In this document: positions 10,090 to 18,519 of the stretch, piece after piece
Layout of the letters: each line of letters starts with the position of its first letter
How positions within the stretch are numbered: position 1 is the first letter of the stretch
DNA from: an uncultured Rubripirellula sp.
GTDB lineage: Bacteria > Planctomycetota > Planctomycetia > Pirellulales > Pirellulaceae
Assembly: GCA_938085445.1 (NCBI GenBank)
Contig: CALKGR010000003.1
Location: forward strand, 78,676 to 142,675
Length of the DNA stretch: 64,000 nt
Direction of reading: 5' to 3'
Program-made: the position numbers and the translations under genes
The notes under the pieces: model-generated
What the model was told of the DNA's origin: nothing
Databases searched by the model: none
What the model saw: the letters and a program-made list of their open reading frames with translations, nothing else

Positions 10090-11208
10090 CTAGCGGTCTC
10101 GTGCCATCGGCATGATCACGTAACCGTAACCATCATCAGTCGTCAGCAGTGCTGGTGCAGCCCCTGATTCAATTTCCATGATAAAGCCCACTTCGTTATC
10201 GAGGACTTTGCAGAAATCCGCCAAATAACGGTGATCCATCGTCATTGTTATCGATTCACCCTCATACGCGATTGGTATTTCAATCTGCGATTCTCCAATT
10301 TCCGCCGTACTGGCTTCCATTTTCAGGGTTCCGTCAGCAAACGTGAAGTCAATTCCACGGCTTTCATGGTCCGTTACGATGGCTGCTTGCCGCAAAGCAG
10401 CAAAAAGTGGCCCCACAGTGACGTCCAACTGAACTGCATTTTCTCGCGTTGGGAAGACTTGCCGCCAATTGGGATAACGACCCTCTACCAAACGGGAATA
10501 AATAACTGCTTGAGGCGTACGAACCATCAAGTCATTATTTCTTGCCGCTACATCTACCGTTTCATCTTTGTCGTTCAAAGCCCGCTCAATTAACTGGATC
10601 GCCCGAGTAGGGACGATCGTGCTGGCCCCCGTCGTCTGATGACCTCCGACTGACTCTCCTGTTCCTTCCATGCGAGCCAATCGTCGTCCATCAGTGCCAA
10701 CGGCCGTGACCCGTGACTCTTCCATTTCGAGAAGAACACCACCCAATGCAAACCGACTGCTATCCGAATCTGTGGCAAAGACCGTACGTTTTACCATCTC
10801 GCGGAACAACCGCGTTGGCAAAACGTGATACTTGTCCTCGTCGAAACCAGCAACCACAGGGAATTCATCTGGATTGTTACCAGGCAGTTTGAACTTACTA
10901 CGTTTTCCTTTGACACGGATCCCTGCCTCATCTGTCTCAAATTCCAGCACCTCATCGTTGTTCTCTCGTAAGATGGCCATGGTCCGCTGAACAGGAAGCA
11001 AAGCCGTGCCTTCCGTTTCGACCGTGATACCTTCTTCCAGGTCCAAGCGAATCCCGACTTCCATGTCAGTCGCCGTCAATGTGATTTTCCCTCCCGCGGC
11101 AGTTACTTTCACATTTTGCAGGATCTCTTTAGGCGATCGTGCTGGTGCAATGCTAGCCGCAAGTGCAAACGCGTTCGTCAATGATTCTCGTTGGCAGGTG
11201 ATCTTCAT
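10090..11208 (-). CDS. dnaN: DNA polymerase III beta clamp
   Basis: LTATDMEVGI, VGTDGRRLA, SRLVEGRYPNW, YVIMPM; downstream of dnaA. Confidence 0.96.
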   Translation of the reverse strand: MKITCQRESLTNAFALAASIAPARSPKEILQNVKVTAAGGKITLTATDMEVGIRLDLEEGITVETEGTALLPVQRTMAILRENNDEVLEFETDEAGIRVKGKRSKFKLPGNNPDEFPVVAGFDEDKYHVLPTRLFREMVKRTVFATDSDSSRFALGGVLLEMEESRVTAVGTDGRRLARMEGTGESVGGHQTTGASTIVPTRAIQLIERALNDKDETVDVAARNNDLMVRTPQAVIYSRLVEGRYPNWRQVFPTRENAVQLDVTVGPLFAALRQAAIVTDHESRGIDFTFADGTLKMEASTAEIGESQIEIPIAYEGESITMTMDHRYLADFCKVLDNEVGFIMEIESGAAPALLTTDDGYGYVIMPMARDR

Positions 11209-11603
11209 GGAAATGCAAACCGATACCGTGGAAGTTCTCTATCAAACAGATTTGCATGTTGTACCCCGTTGCTGCTTCTCTTGCATGGGGACAAGCCAAG
11301 TTCACAATTGGCTAACCAGCTCTTGCTTTCTCTATAAGTTAATTTTATCTATCGTCTTAATCGTAATCTTCCGCTGCGAACGGTTGAGATCTAATTGATT
11401 TCACTTCTAAAGTCAGACAGAGTATTGGTTTATGAAAGACGAGACTCTGTGGAAAACAAGTTGGCTGACTGTTTGGATTCTGTCAAAATTTGCCTTGGTT
11501 TTGAACAATTTGGAACAGAGGGATGTTTCATAGATGCTATCAAAGATTCGAAAACAGACGGTTTGATGACAGACGACCAACATGTTTTCCACAGATCAAA
11601 AAG
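11209..11603. other. Probable replication origin oriC (dnaA-dnaN intergenic)
   Basis: DnaA-box-like TGTGGAAAA at 11448-11456 and TTTTCCACA at 11585-11593; AT-rich tract ~11330-11410; apparent change in strand composition here. Confidence 0.65.
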
Positions 11604-12707
11604 TCAGGCATCGTTAAATTTTTCTCTAACTTCCTCTGCTGCACGCTGCAGTTCAGAGTCAGATTCGAGCAGTAGTTCGGTTTTACGGATTGCGTGTAGA
11701 ACGGTCGTGTGGTCACGTCCACCAAAGTATTCCCCAATTTGATGCATGCTCTTGGACGTCATCTGTCTCGCGATGAACATAGCGAGAGATCGGGCGCGGA
11801 CGAGATTCTGTTTACGAGAACTGCTACGAATATCAGCTACTTTGAGCCTAAAATACCGGGCTACAGTTGTCCCGATTGCTGCTAGCGAGACCTCTTCTCG
11901 CTCACCAACGACGGCGACAGCTGAGGTGATTGCATCTTCGGTTGGCTCAGCATCATGCATTCGACACCATAGCGAGACCTGTTTCAGAGCTGCTTCGAGA
12001 GCTCGGGTTGGGAGGCGGGGTTCCAGTTTGCGATCGAGTAAATCGAACAGGCTTGCATCGATACTCAGATTCAGGTGAACGGCTAATTCCCTGAGTAACT
12101 GGGATCTGGCAGCTGTTGCAGGCATTTCCAGTGGAACTGTGAGCCCAGGCAGGACCCGACTGACCAAAAGTGGACGCATGCCCCTAATTTCAGAGGGGAG
12201 GCGTTTACACGTCAATAAGGTTGGTAGTCCGCGGATCACACGCTCTTCGATTCTCGCGGCCAATTCATCTTGGGCTGCTAATTTATCATTCATCAGATGG
12301 AGATCATCGATTACCAGAATCGGTGCTTCGTTGATTTCTTGGCGAAGTGGTGGCAGATCATCAGCACCCACTGCTTCTGCGTAAAGCCTGGCAAAGTCAA
12401 TCGCGGGGTAGTACAGCACCGGCATCGGCTCGCCCGTTTGTGATCGGCTTGACTCTCTTGCCGCAAGATGGAGAGCAATCGCTGTTTTTCCGCTGCCACT
12501 GGGGCCAATTAGCAGCAGGGGATTCCCCAAATCAAAGATTGAGGTTTCGGAGCATGCAACAAAATGCACCATCCGATTTTCTTCACCGGCGATGAAATAG
12601 GGCAAACTACCTCCCTGAATCGGCGTAGCACGTTTCCGTACTCTGGCGATTGGTCGCTCGAGAGGAAATGAGTGAACCTGATTGGCAGGGCTAGTCGCAG
12701 TCGACAT
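11604..12707 (-). CDS. dnaA: DnaA-family initiator lacking the N-terminal domains I/II
   Basis: GPSGSGKT Walker A, VIDDLH Walker B, domain IV signature IGEYFGGRDHTTVLHAIRK; only 367 aa. Confidence 0.85.
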   Translation of the reverse strand: MSTATSPANQVHSFPLERPIARVRKRATPIQGGSLPYFIAGEENRMVHFVACSETSIFDLGNPLLLIGPSGSGKTAIALHLAARESSRSQTGEPMPVLYYPAIDFARLYAEAVGADDLPPLRQEINEAPILVIDDLHLMNDKLAAQDELAARIEERVIRGLPTLLTCKRLPSEIRGMRPLLVSRVLPGLTVPLEMPATAARSQLLRELAVHLNLSIDASLFDLLDRKLEPRLPTRALEAALKQVSLWCRMHDAEPTEDAITSAVAVVGEREEVSLAAIGTTVARYFRLKVADIRSSSRKQNLVRARSLAMFIARQMTSKSMHQIGEYFGGRDHTTVLHAIRKTELLLESDSELQRAAEEVREKFNDA

Positions 12708-12800
12708 GAATGGCCGTCAGAGGCTGGTAGGTGGGATCGTCTTTCGAGAAACGATTTCACCATTTTACGAGCTTGCGAGCGAAAAGCGAGTAAAATAATG

Positions 12801-13967
12801 CTAGTTATCCACACAAGTTTTTTTTCGTAACTTGTTATAAGACAATGATATAGAGTCAATTGAATTATTTATTTCTTCAATAGTGGAAAACTTAGAGACA
12901 CCAAAGCGAAGAGTCGACTCGATCTCATTTTCAGGGCGGTTCATGGCCGTTAGGACATGGCTGGGAGGGCTGCTCCCGCTGCTGCAGGCGGAGCCACTGC
13001 TACAGGCGATACCCGCCATGTCGAGCGCCATCAGCATCGACTGTCGATCCGTTTCCAAAAAGGAAATCGAGCTGGTTCCTGGTAAACGATCATGAATTTT
13101 GCCTTGTACGACCAACTCGGGATGGCGTTCAAGGAGCCCATTTTCGAGACAATCACGCAGCGCTTCACAGTGTTTGGCGGACTGCGTCATTTCAGTCACC
13201 GCCAGTTTTAGAGCTTCTGCCATTCCGACGACCAATGCGACAGGTTCAGTGCCAGGCCGAGTTTCCAGCTGCTGTTCGCCACCATGAAAAACGGGTTCTA
13301 CATTCACTTCCGGCGCCAGCCATAGGCCACCGACGCCGGCAGGACCATGAAATTTGTGAGCAGTAAACGTTAGGGCTGAGATACCGGAATTTTCCAAATT
13401 CAGTGGCAGTTTTCCGATGGTCTGGGTCGCGTCCACGTGCAGCAGGATACCAGCCTTTCGACAGAGTTCAGCAGCTTCGCTGATGGGCTGAATGACTCCT
13501 GTCTCATTGTTTGCGGCCATGAGTGAAACGAGAGCGATATTATGGTCATCCGTTGAGATCATTGCCTCAAGTTGATCCAACCGAACCAAGCCATCCTGGT
13601 CGACCTCAAGCCATCGTAGGGGGCGTCCACGTCTTTCGAGCCATTTTGCAGTAGCCAAGACGCTGGGGTGCTCAATTCGGCTCAGTACAAGCGGTCCATG
13701 ATCACCCAATCCTGTCAGTGCTTGGTGATTTGATTCTGTGCCACCACTGGTAATGATCAACCTGGCACCGTTGGGCTGATCCAGTCTGGTTCCCAGATAG
13801 GAGCCAATGGTTTCAATGGCAGCATCCAAGTGGGAGCGTGAACGCCTACCGAAGGCGTGTTGGCTGGACGCATTGGTTGGCCCGTCCAAGAATTGAGCTA
13901 ACATGACGTTCGCAACGCGCGTATCAATCGCAGTCGTGGCGTTATTGTCGAGATAGACCTTCATCAC
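12801..13967 (-). CDS. iscS: Cysteine desulfurase (IscS/NifS type)
   Basis: YLDNNATT, TSGGTESN, HVDATQ, TAHKFHGP (PLP Lys), SSGSACSSG, LRFG. Confidence 0.92.
   Translation of the reverse strand: MMKVYLDNNATTAIDTRVANVMLAQFLDGPTNASSQHAFGRRSRSHLDAAIETIGSYLGTRLDQPNGARLIITSGGTESNHQALTGLGDHGPLVLSRIEHPSVLATAKWLERRGRPLRWLEVDQDGLVRLDQLEAMISTDDHNIALVSLMAANNETGVIQPISEAAELCRKAGILLHVDATQTIGKLPLNLENSGISALTFTAHKFHGPAGVGGLWLAPEVNVEPVFHGGEQQLETRPGTEPVALVVGMAEALKLAVTEMTQSAKHCEALRDCLENGLLERHPELVVQGKIHDRLPGTSSISFLETDRQSMLMALDMAGIACSSGSACSSGSSPPSHVLTAMNRPENEIESTLRFGVSKFSTIEEINNSIDSISLSYNKLRKKTCVDN
12805..12813 (+). promoter_or_regulatory. Perfect DnaA box upstream of dnaA
   Basis: TTATCCACA, overlapping the last codons of the cysteine desulfurase gene. 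Confidence 0.7.
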
Positions 13968-14012
13968 GCCATTTTTCCTCTCATATCACTCGCATCTGCG
14001 ACACGTTTCGAC

Positions 14013-14741
14013 TCATTCATTTTCTGCGAGATGCTTGAGATTAGGATGATTCGGGTAATCAGCTAAGGCCTCGCTGAGCAATGTAGCCGCGATCGTCAGT
14101 TTTCCAGCTTCTCGCATATCCTTGATCAAGCTGACGTATTCTTCTGCCAATTGCTCATCGATGGCCCTCTGTAGTTCTTTCGGGCTCTTACCACCAGAAT
14201 CAGCAGTAGCGAAAACTAGAGGTATGAATACGTAAAGCTCTCGCTCGGCTAATCGTTGGATGGTCGGCCAAAGAATTCCGGCGTGTTTTGGGTTCTGCTT
14301 GCTCCAATCAATCCAGTACGGAGAATTTTTACCTCCATTGCCAAATTCAAGTTCTGCGAGCAGGAAATTCGCGTCCGCATTGGTTGTTCCTGAGAGGCCA
14401 CGCGTAAGGGAAATCAGATGCCAGTTGCTCGCAGGTCCCTTGGGGAGCTTTCTCAAGTGCGTTGTTTTGACGTAGGTGGCGGTAGGTGGGGTGTCATCGC
14501 TTCGACGGATTGGCGTGATTTGCCAATGAACCAGAGGAATTTCGTAGAAACTGAAACTTCTTCGTACAAAGTGGCTTGGTGCGAATTCGCTGCCGCGTAC
14601 AAACCCTTGAGTTCGGATGACAAGCCCCAGAACAACACAAATAATGATCGCTGCCGAGACCGAGACCCAGATTCGGATCACGCGGTTTCTCTTCGCTGAT
14701 GACGTTCCAGACTGAGCAGATGTTGAAACCGAGGTGGACAC
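14013..14741 (-). CDS. Hypothetical protein with N-terminal TM helix
   Basis: 242-aa ORF co-oriented with iscS; one TM segment. Confidence 0.65.
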   Translation of the reverse strand: MSTSVSTSAQSGTSSAKRNRVIRIWVSVSAAIIICVVLGLVIRTQGFVRGSEFAPSHFVRRSFSFYEIPLVHWQITPIRRSDDTPPTATYVKTTHLRKLPKGPASNWHLISLTRGLSGTTNADANFLLAELEFGNGGKNSPYWIDWSKQNPKHAGILWPTIQRLAERELYVFIPLVFATADSGGKSPKELQRAIDEQLAEEYVSLIKDMREAGKLTIAATLLSEALADYPNHPNLKHLAENE

Positions 14742-14806
14742 AGGAGCTTTGTTGGGGCATCTTCGGGTAATGAATGGAGAAAGTACTCGTCAGTCTACTG
14801 TAAGCA

Positions 14807-16063
14807 ATGATGCGTTCGAGAACCCCTAATGTTTGCTGGAACTCTGGTGAATCATGCAACTCGATTGCATCACCAAGGCCTGCAGGTTCGATTTCGGCCG
14901 CTGCCGCCGCAGGGAGAATCTTGCCTTGGAGACCTTATAGAGTAACCCAAACGGCAAATCCGGCCGATACTCCTTTTCTGTCAGGCCAGTCACAGCAACC
15001 CCAGGAACCGAGTGACCCCAGGCTTTCCCGGATGCGATTGGAGGCTGTCTTGCTATTGGCAAAAACATCCTTGAGCCTCCGAAAACTATGTCAAATGGCT
15101 CACTTGGCGGACGCTACTGAGGCTCGTACACTGATTCGCCAGTTGAATACAACCTTCGACGACTATGGGAGGGCGATTCGTGTGGAGCAAGTTGCTGGTG
15201 GATACCGGTTGATGACAAGGTCGGCACTGTCACCATGGCTTGCACGTTTGGGGCACTTGCCGCCACCCCTACGATTATCGACACCCATGATGGAAACGCT
15301 TGCTGTGGTTGCCTATCGTCAGCCTGTATCCAGAGCCGATGTTGAGGCGGTTCGGGGGGTCGGTTGTGGAGAGTTATTGCGTCAAACGATGGAGCGGGAC
15401 TTAGTACGAATTGTCGGTCGTAGCGAGGAGTTAGGACGCCCCTACCTTTACGGAACTACCAAACGTTTTTTACACCTGTTCGGACTTTCGAACATCGATG
15501 CATTGCCAGCAATTCAGTGGCAAGCCTTGCAGGATGATCCCCAACCCGAAGATTCAAACCCAGATGACTTATCGACATCAAAGAAGGAGCTCGTTGTGAG
15601 TACCACAGTCGTTCCAACTATTTCAGAGTCAGATCACGCTGTCGTTGTCCCCACTGCATCGACGATCGAGCAGTCTGATCCCAAATCGATCATCGATGAT
15701 GCTCAAGCAGTCATTGAAGACGAGGAGAATGGATATTACGACGACGACGACGACGATGATGACGATGACTGGGATGATCAAGATTGGGATGATGAAGAGT
15801 CCGAAGATGATTTAGACTCCGACGATAGTCTCGATGAAGAAGAGGACGAGCTTGATGAAGACGAGCTTGATGAAGACGAGGACGAGCTCGACGACAATGA
15901 TCGTGACGGTGATGACTCCGCTGACGACGATCTAGATGAAGATGATGACGACGGCGGATGGGAAGAAGTCGATGATGAAGCCGGCGATGAAGAGTTCGAC
16001 GACGACGAAGAAGAAGAAGTATGGGAAGAGCAGGCAGATGATGATGAAGATTGGAATGAGTGA
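14807..16063 (+). CDS. scpB: SMC-Scp complex subunit ScpB with long acidic tail
   Basis: VAGGYRLMT, METLAVVAYRQPVSRADVEAVRGV, GRPYLYGTTKRFLHLFGL. Confidence 0.92.
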   Translation: MMRSRTPNVCWNSGESCNSIASPRPAGSISAAAAAGRILPWRPYRVTQTANPADTPFLSGQSQQPQEPSDPRLSRMRLEAVLLLAKTSLSLRKLCQMAHLADATEARTLIRQLNTTFDDYGRAIRVEQVAGGYRLMTRSALSPWLARLGHLPPPLRLSTPMMETLAVVAYRQPVSRADVEAVRGVGCGELLRQTMERDLVRIVGRSEELGRPYLYGTTKRFLHLFGLSNIDALPAIQWQALQDDPQPEDSNPDDLSTSKKELVVSTTVVPTISESDHAVVVPTASTIEQSDPKSIIDDAQAVIEDEENGYYDDDDDDDDDDWDDQDWDDEESEDDLDSDDSLDEEEDELDEDELDEDEDELDDNDRDGDDSADDDLDEDDDDGGWEEVDDEAGDEEFDDDEEEEVWEEQADDDEDWNE

Positions 16064-16202
16064 ACATTCCAGTCATTAGGTTTGCGTGCGGCGTTTTCTT
16101 CGCCCAAAGAGTTCCGACAGGGTGCGTTTGTTGCTACTCGCTGTCTGTTCTCGACGTCTAAGGGCCCTGATTGTTCAAAGACTCATCAGGACTCTAAGCA
16201 AA

Positions 16203-17480
16203 TCACTCGCCTAAGTTGAAGAGATGACGCAGTGCTTCAAGCAAACCGCGACGATGACCTTCTGCTGCGTCATCACGTAGAGACGCCAACGGTGGGTGCA
16301 AGAGCTTGTTGATCAGCCGGTCAAATGACCTTTCGATTTCTTTATGGGCTGAGGGATCAAGGTCTTCCAACCGGAGTTTGTTGATCAATCGATTCAGTTC
16401 GTCTTTCTTGAGATCCTGCGCTTGCTCGCGTAGCCTTTGAATGACCGGACCGGTTGCCTTGTGATTGAACGCCTGCATGAAACGCTGCGTTTCTTCGGAG
16501 ATCACTTGTTTGGCTTTGGGCCATTCTTTCTGACGTTCACGGCGATTTCGGTCACAGGCTGACTGCAAATCATCGATACCGTACAAATAGACATTCGATA
16601 ATTCACCGATTGATGGTTCAAAATCCCGGGGAACTGCCAAGTCGAGAATCAGCAACAGCCGATTCTTGCGTTTGGCATGTAGTGGTAGGAAATTCGTTTC
16701 GTTCAAAATGGGTTCGGTTGCGGAGGTCGTACCAATCAATAGATCAGCACCGACGACCTGTTCCTGCAGATCATCCCACAACGCCGACTCTGCGTTGAAT
16801 GTATTGGCAAGCGCCACTGCACGATCGTAACTTCGATTGATGATGCAAATATCGCTGGCGCCACCCTGTTTCAGATAACGCAAGGTTTCTTCACCCATTT
16901 CACCAGCACCGCAGAGCACGACTCGCTTGTCGTGAAGCGTATCAAACACTTCGGTTGCAACTTCGCCAACAGCGACGCTGGGCACGCTGACCCTTCGGCG
17001 ATGTATCGATGTTTCCTGCTGGACCCGCTTTGCGGCACGATTTGCAGCTTGAAATACTGAGTGAGTGAGAGGACCGGCTGATCCAGAATTACAGGCGATG
17101 TCATAGGCTTGTTTGACCTGGGACAGGATTTGTGCCTCGCCTACGACCATACTATCGAGACTGGCAGCAACCGTAAAAAGATGTTCGACTGCATCGGATC
17201 CAGCACGATAAATCATCTGGTCCATGATCTCATCAGCTTTCAACTGATGCTGATCTGCCAAAAACGAGGCCACGTCATCCCGATCAAGTTCGCTGTCGTT
17301 TCCCGCAGTCGCATAAAGTTCAACGCGATTGCAAGTACTGATCAGTACGATTTCCGATGAAGGGAAACGTTGACGAAAAGCATTCACTGCCTGACCAACC
17401 TGGTCACTAGTGAAAGATATCTTTTCTCGAAACTCAACAGCAGCGTCATGGTGACTGCAACCAATCATTAACAACTTCAT
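16203..17480 (-). CDS. hemA: Glutamyl-tRNA reductase
   Basis: STCNRVELY, SLDSMVVGEAQILSQVK, GAGEMG, DLAVPRD. Confidence 0.96.
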   Translation of the reverse strand: MKLLMIGCSHHDAAVEFREKISFTSDQVGQAVNAFRQRFPSSEIVLISTCNRVELYATAGNDSELDRDDVASFLADQHQLKADEIMDQMIYRAGSDAVEHLFTVAASLDSMVVGEAQILSQVKQAYDIACNSGSAGPLTHSVFQAANRAAKRVQQETSIHRRRVSVPSVAVGEVATEVFDTLHDKRVVLCGAGEMGEETLRYLKQGGASDICIINRSYDRAVALANTFNAESALWDDLQEQVVGADLLIGTTSATEPILNETNFLPLHAKRKNRLLLILDLAVPRDFEPSIGELSNVYLYGIDDLQSACDRNRRERQKEWPKAKQVISEETQRFMQAFNHKATGPVIQRLREQAQDLKKDELNRLINKLRLEDLDPSAHKEIERSFDRLINKLLHPPLASLRDDAAEGHRRGLLEALRHLFNLGE

Positions 17481-18406
17481 CGAATGTCCTCCGTTGCAAT
17501 GAGCCATTCGATCCGCGGTGTAGCTGTTCGCCCAACCTCCTTAATCGAAGATGAATCATCATCCGTTTGCCCATGCGAGGTGGTGAGGACTCCAATCATT
17601 GCCAAGACAAGAAAGCCTCCACTCGCAAGTGTGAGGTAGACAGCTTTTCTGCCTCGACTGGCGGGAGCGTAAAAGTATTCAACACCTGTCGCGATCAGAA
17701 GCCAGATCAGAAGAAGAGTGCTTAGAAGAACTCCACGATCTGTCCAACCAATACTACCCCAACGATTCAGATTCATCACAACACCGGCGATCAAACCAAT
17801 GCCGACAGCAGTAGTGCTTCCCACAAGACATCGCCGATTTAACCTGTCCAAGAACTCGAGGGTTGGCAGACGGAATGAAGATCCCGCTCGCTTCTGTTTT
17901 AATCTTCGAGATTGCACCAAATACATGATCCCAGCCAGAAATCCGATGAGGACAGCAGTCGAACCAGCCATCATCGCAATAGCGTGAACCGTGCGCCATA
18001 CTTCGACCGCTTCGGTGCGACTGAATGGGGGGCGGTTACCCAAGGCGATGGCTAGTCCCAGCAAGCTCATGACAGCAGGGAGGAAGAAAAAGCTGATGAT
18101 TGTTTCAGGGCGTCGTAGATAAAGCACGAAGAATGCACTCGCCAAGCCCAGGGCCAACAAAAGCGACCAATCCGACCAAGTCGCCAACAGGCCCACTTCC
18201 TGGCTTTGTCCCGCCACACCTTCCAATGTGGTTGCCCGCAGTAGCAGGTAACAGACGTGAGTGAACAAACCCACTGACATCATTGTGATTACGAATAACC
18301 GTCGGCCGGGAAGTCGTCCCAACAGACGCAGCAATTCCAGCACCAGCACAACAAAGTAGCTGGCAAAAACGCAGGTGATCGAAATCTCGCTAAGAAAGGC
18401 GAGCAT
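17477..18406 (-). CDS. Cytochrome c assembly CcsA/HemX-like membrane protein
   Basis: ~8 TM helices, YLVQSRRLKQK...LPTLEFLD motif; ATGA overlap with hemA. Confidence 0.8.
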   Translation of the reverse strand: MLAFLSEISITCVFASYFVVLVLELLRLLGRLPGRRLFVITMMSVGLFTHVCYLLLRATTLEGVAGQSQEVGLLATWSDWSLLLALGLASAFFVLYLRRPETIISFFFLPAVMSLLGLAIALGNRPPFSRTEAVEVWRTVHAIAMMAGSTAVLIGFLAGIMYLVQSRRLKQKRAGSSFRLPTLEFLDRLNRRCLVGSTTAVGIGLIAGVVMNLNRWGSIGWTDRGVLLSTLLLIWLLIATGVEYFYAPASRGRKAVYLTLASGGFLVLAMIGVLTTSHGQTDDDSSSIKEVGRTATPRIEWLIATEDIR

Positions 18407-18519
18407 GGAATGATCGGTAAGCTAGAGGAAGTTTTAGTAGATTGTAGACAGCCATCAATCGTAATCGTTCAGCAATCATTTTCAGCCCACAGGCCACCCT
18501 TTCATACCGTAATGTTGCC

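Noticed and set aside
15711..16107. Poly-Ser and His/Arg-rich minus-strand ORFs
   Set aside because: Antisense shadows of the ScpB Asp/Glu tail
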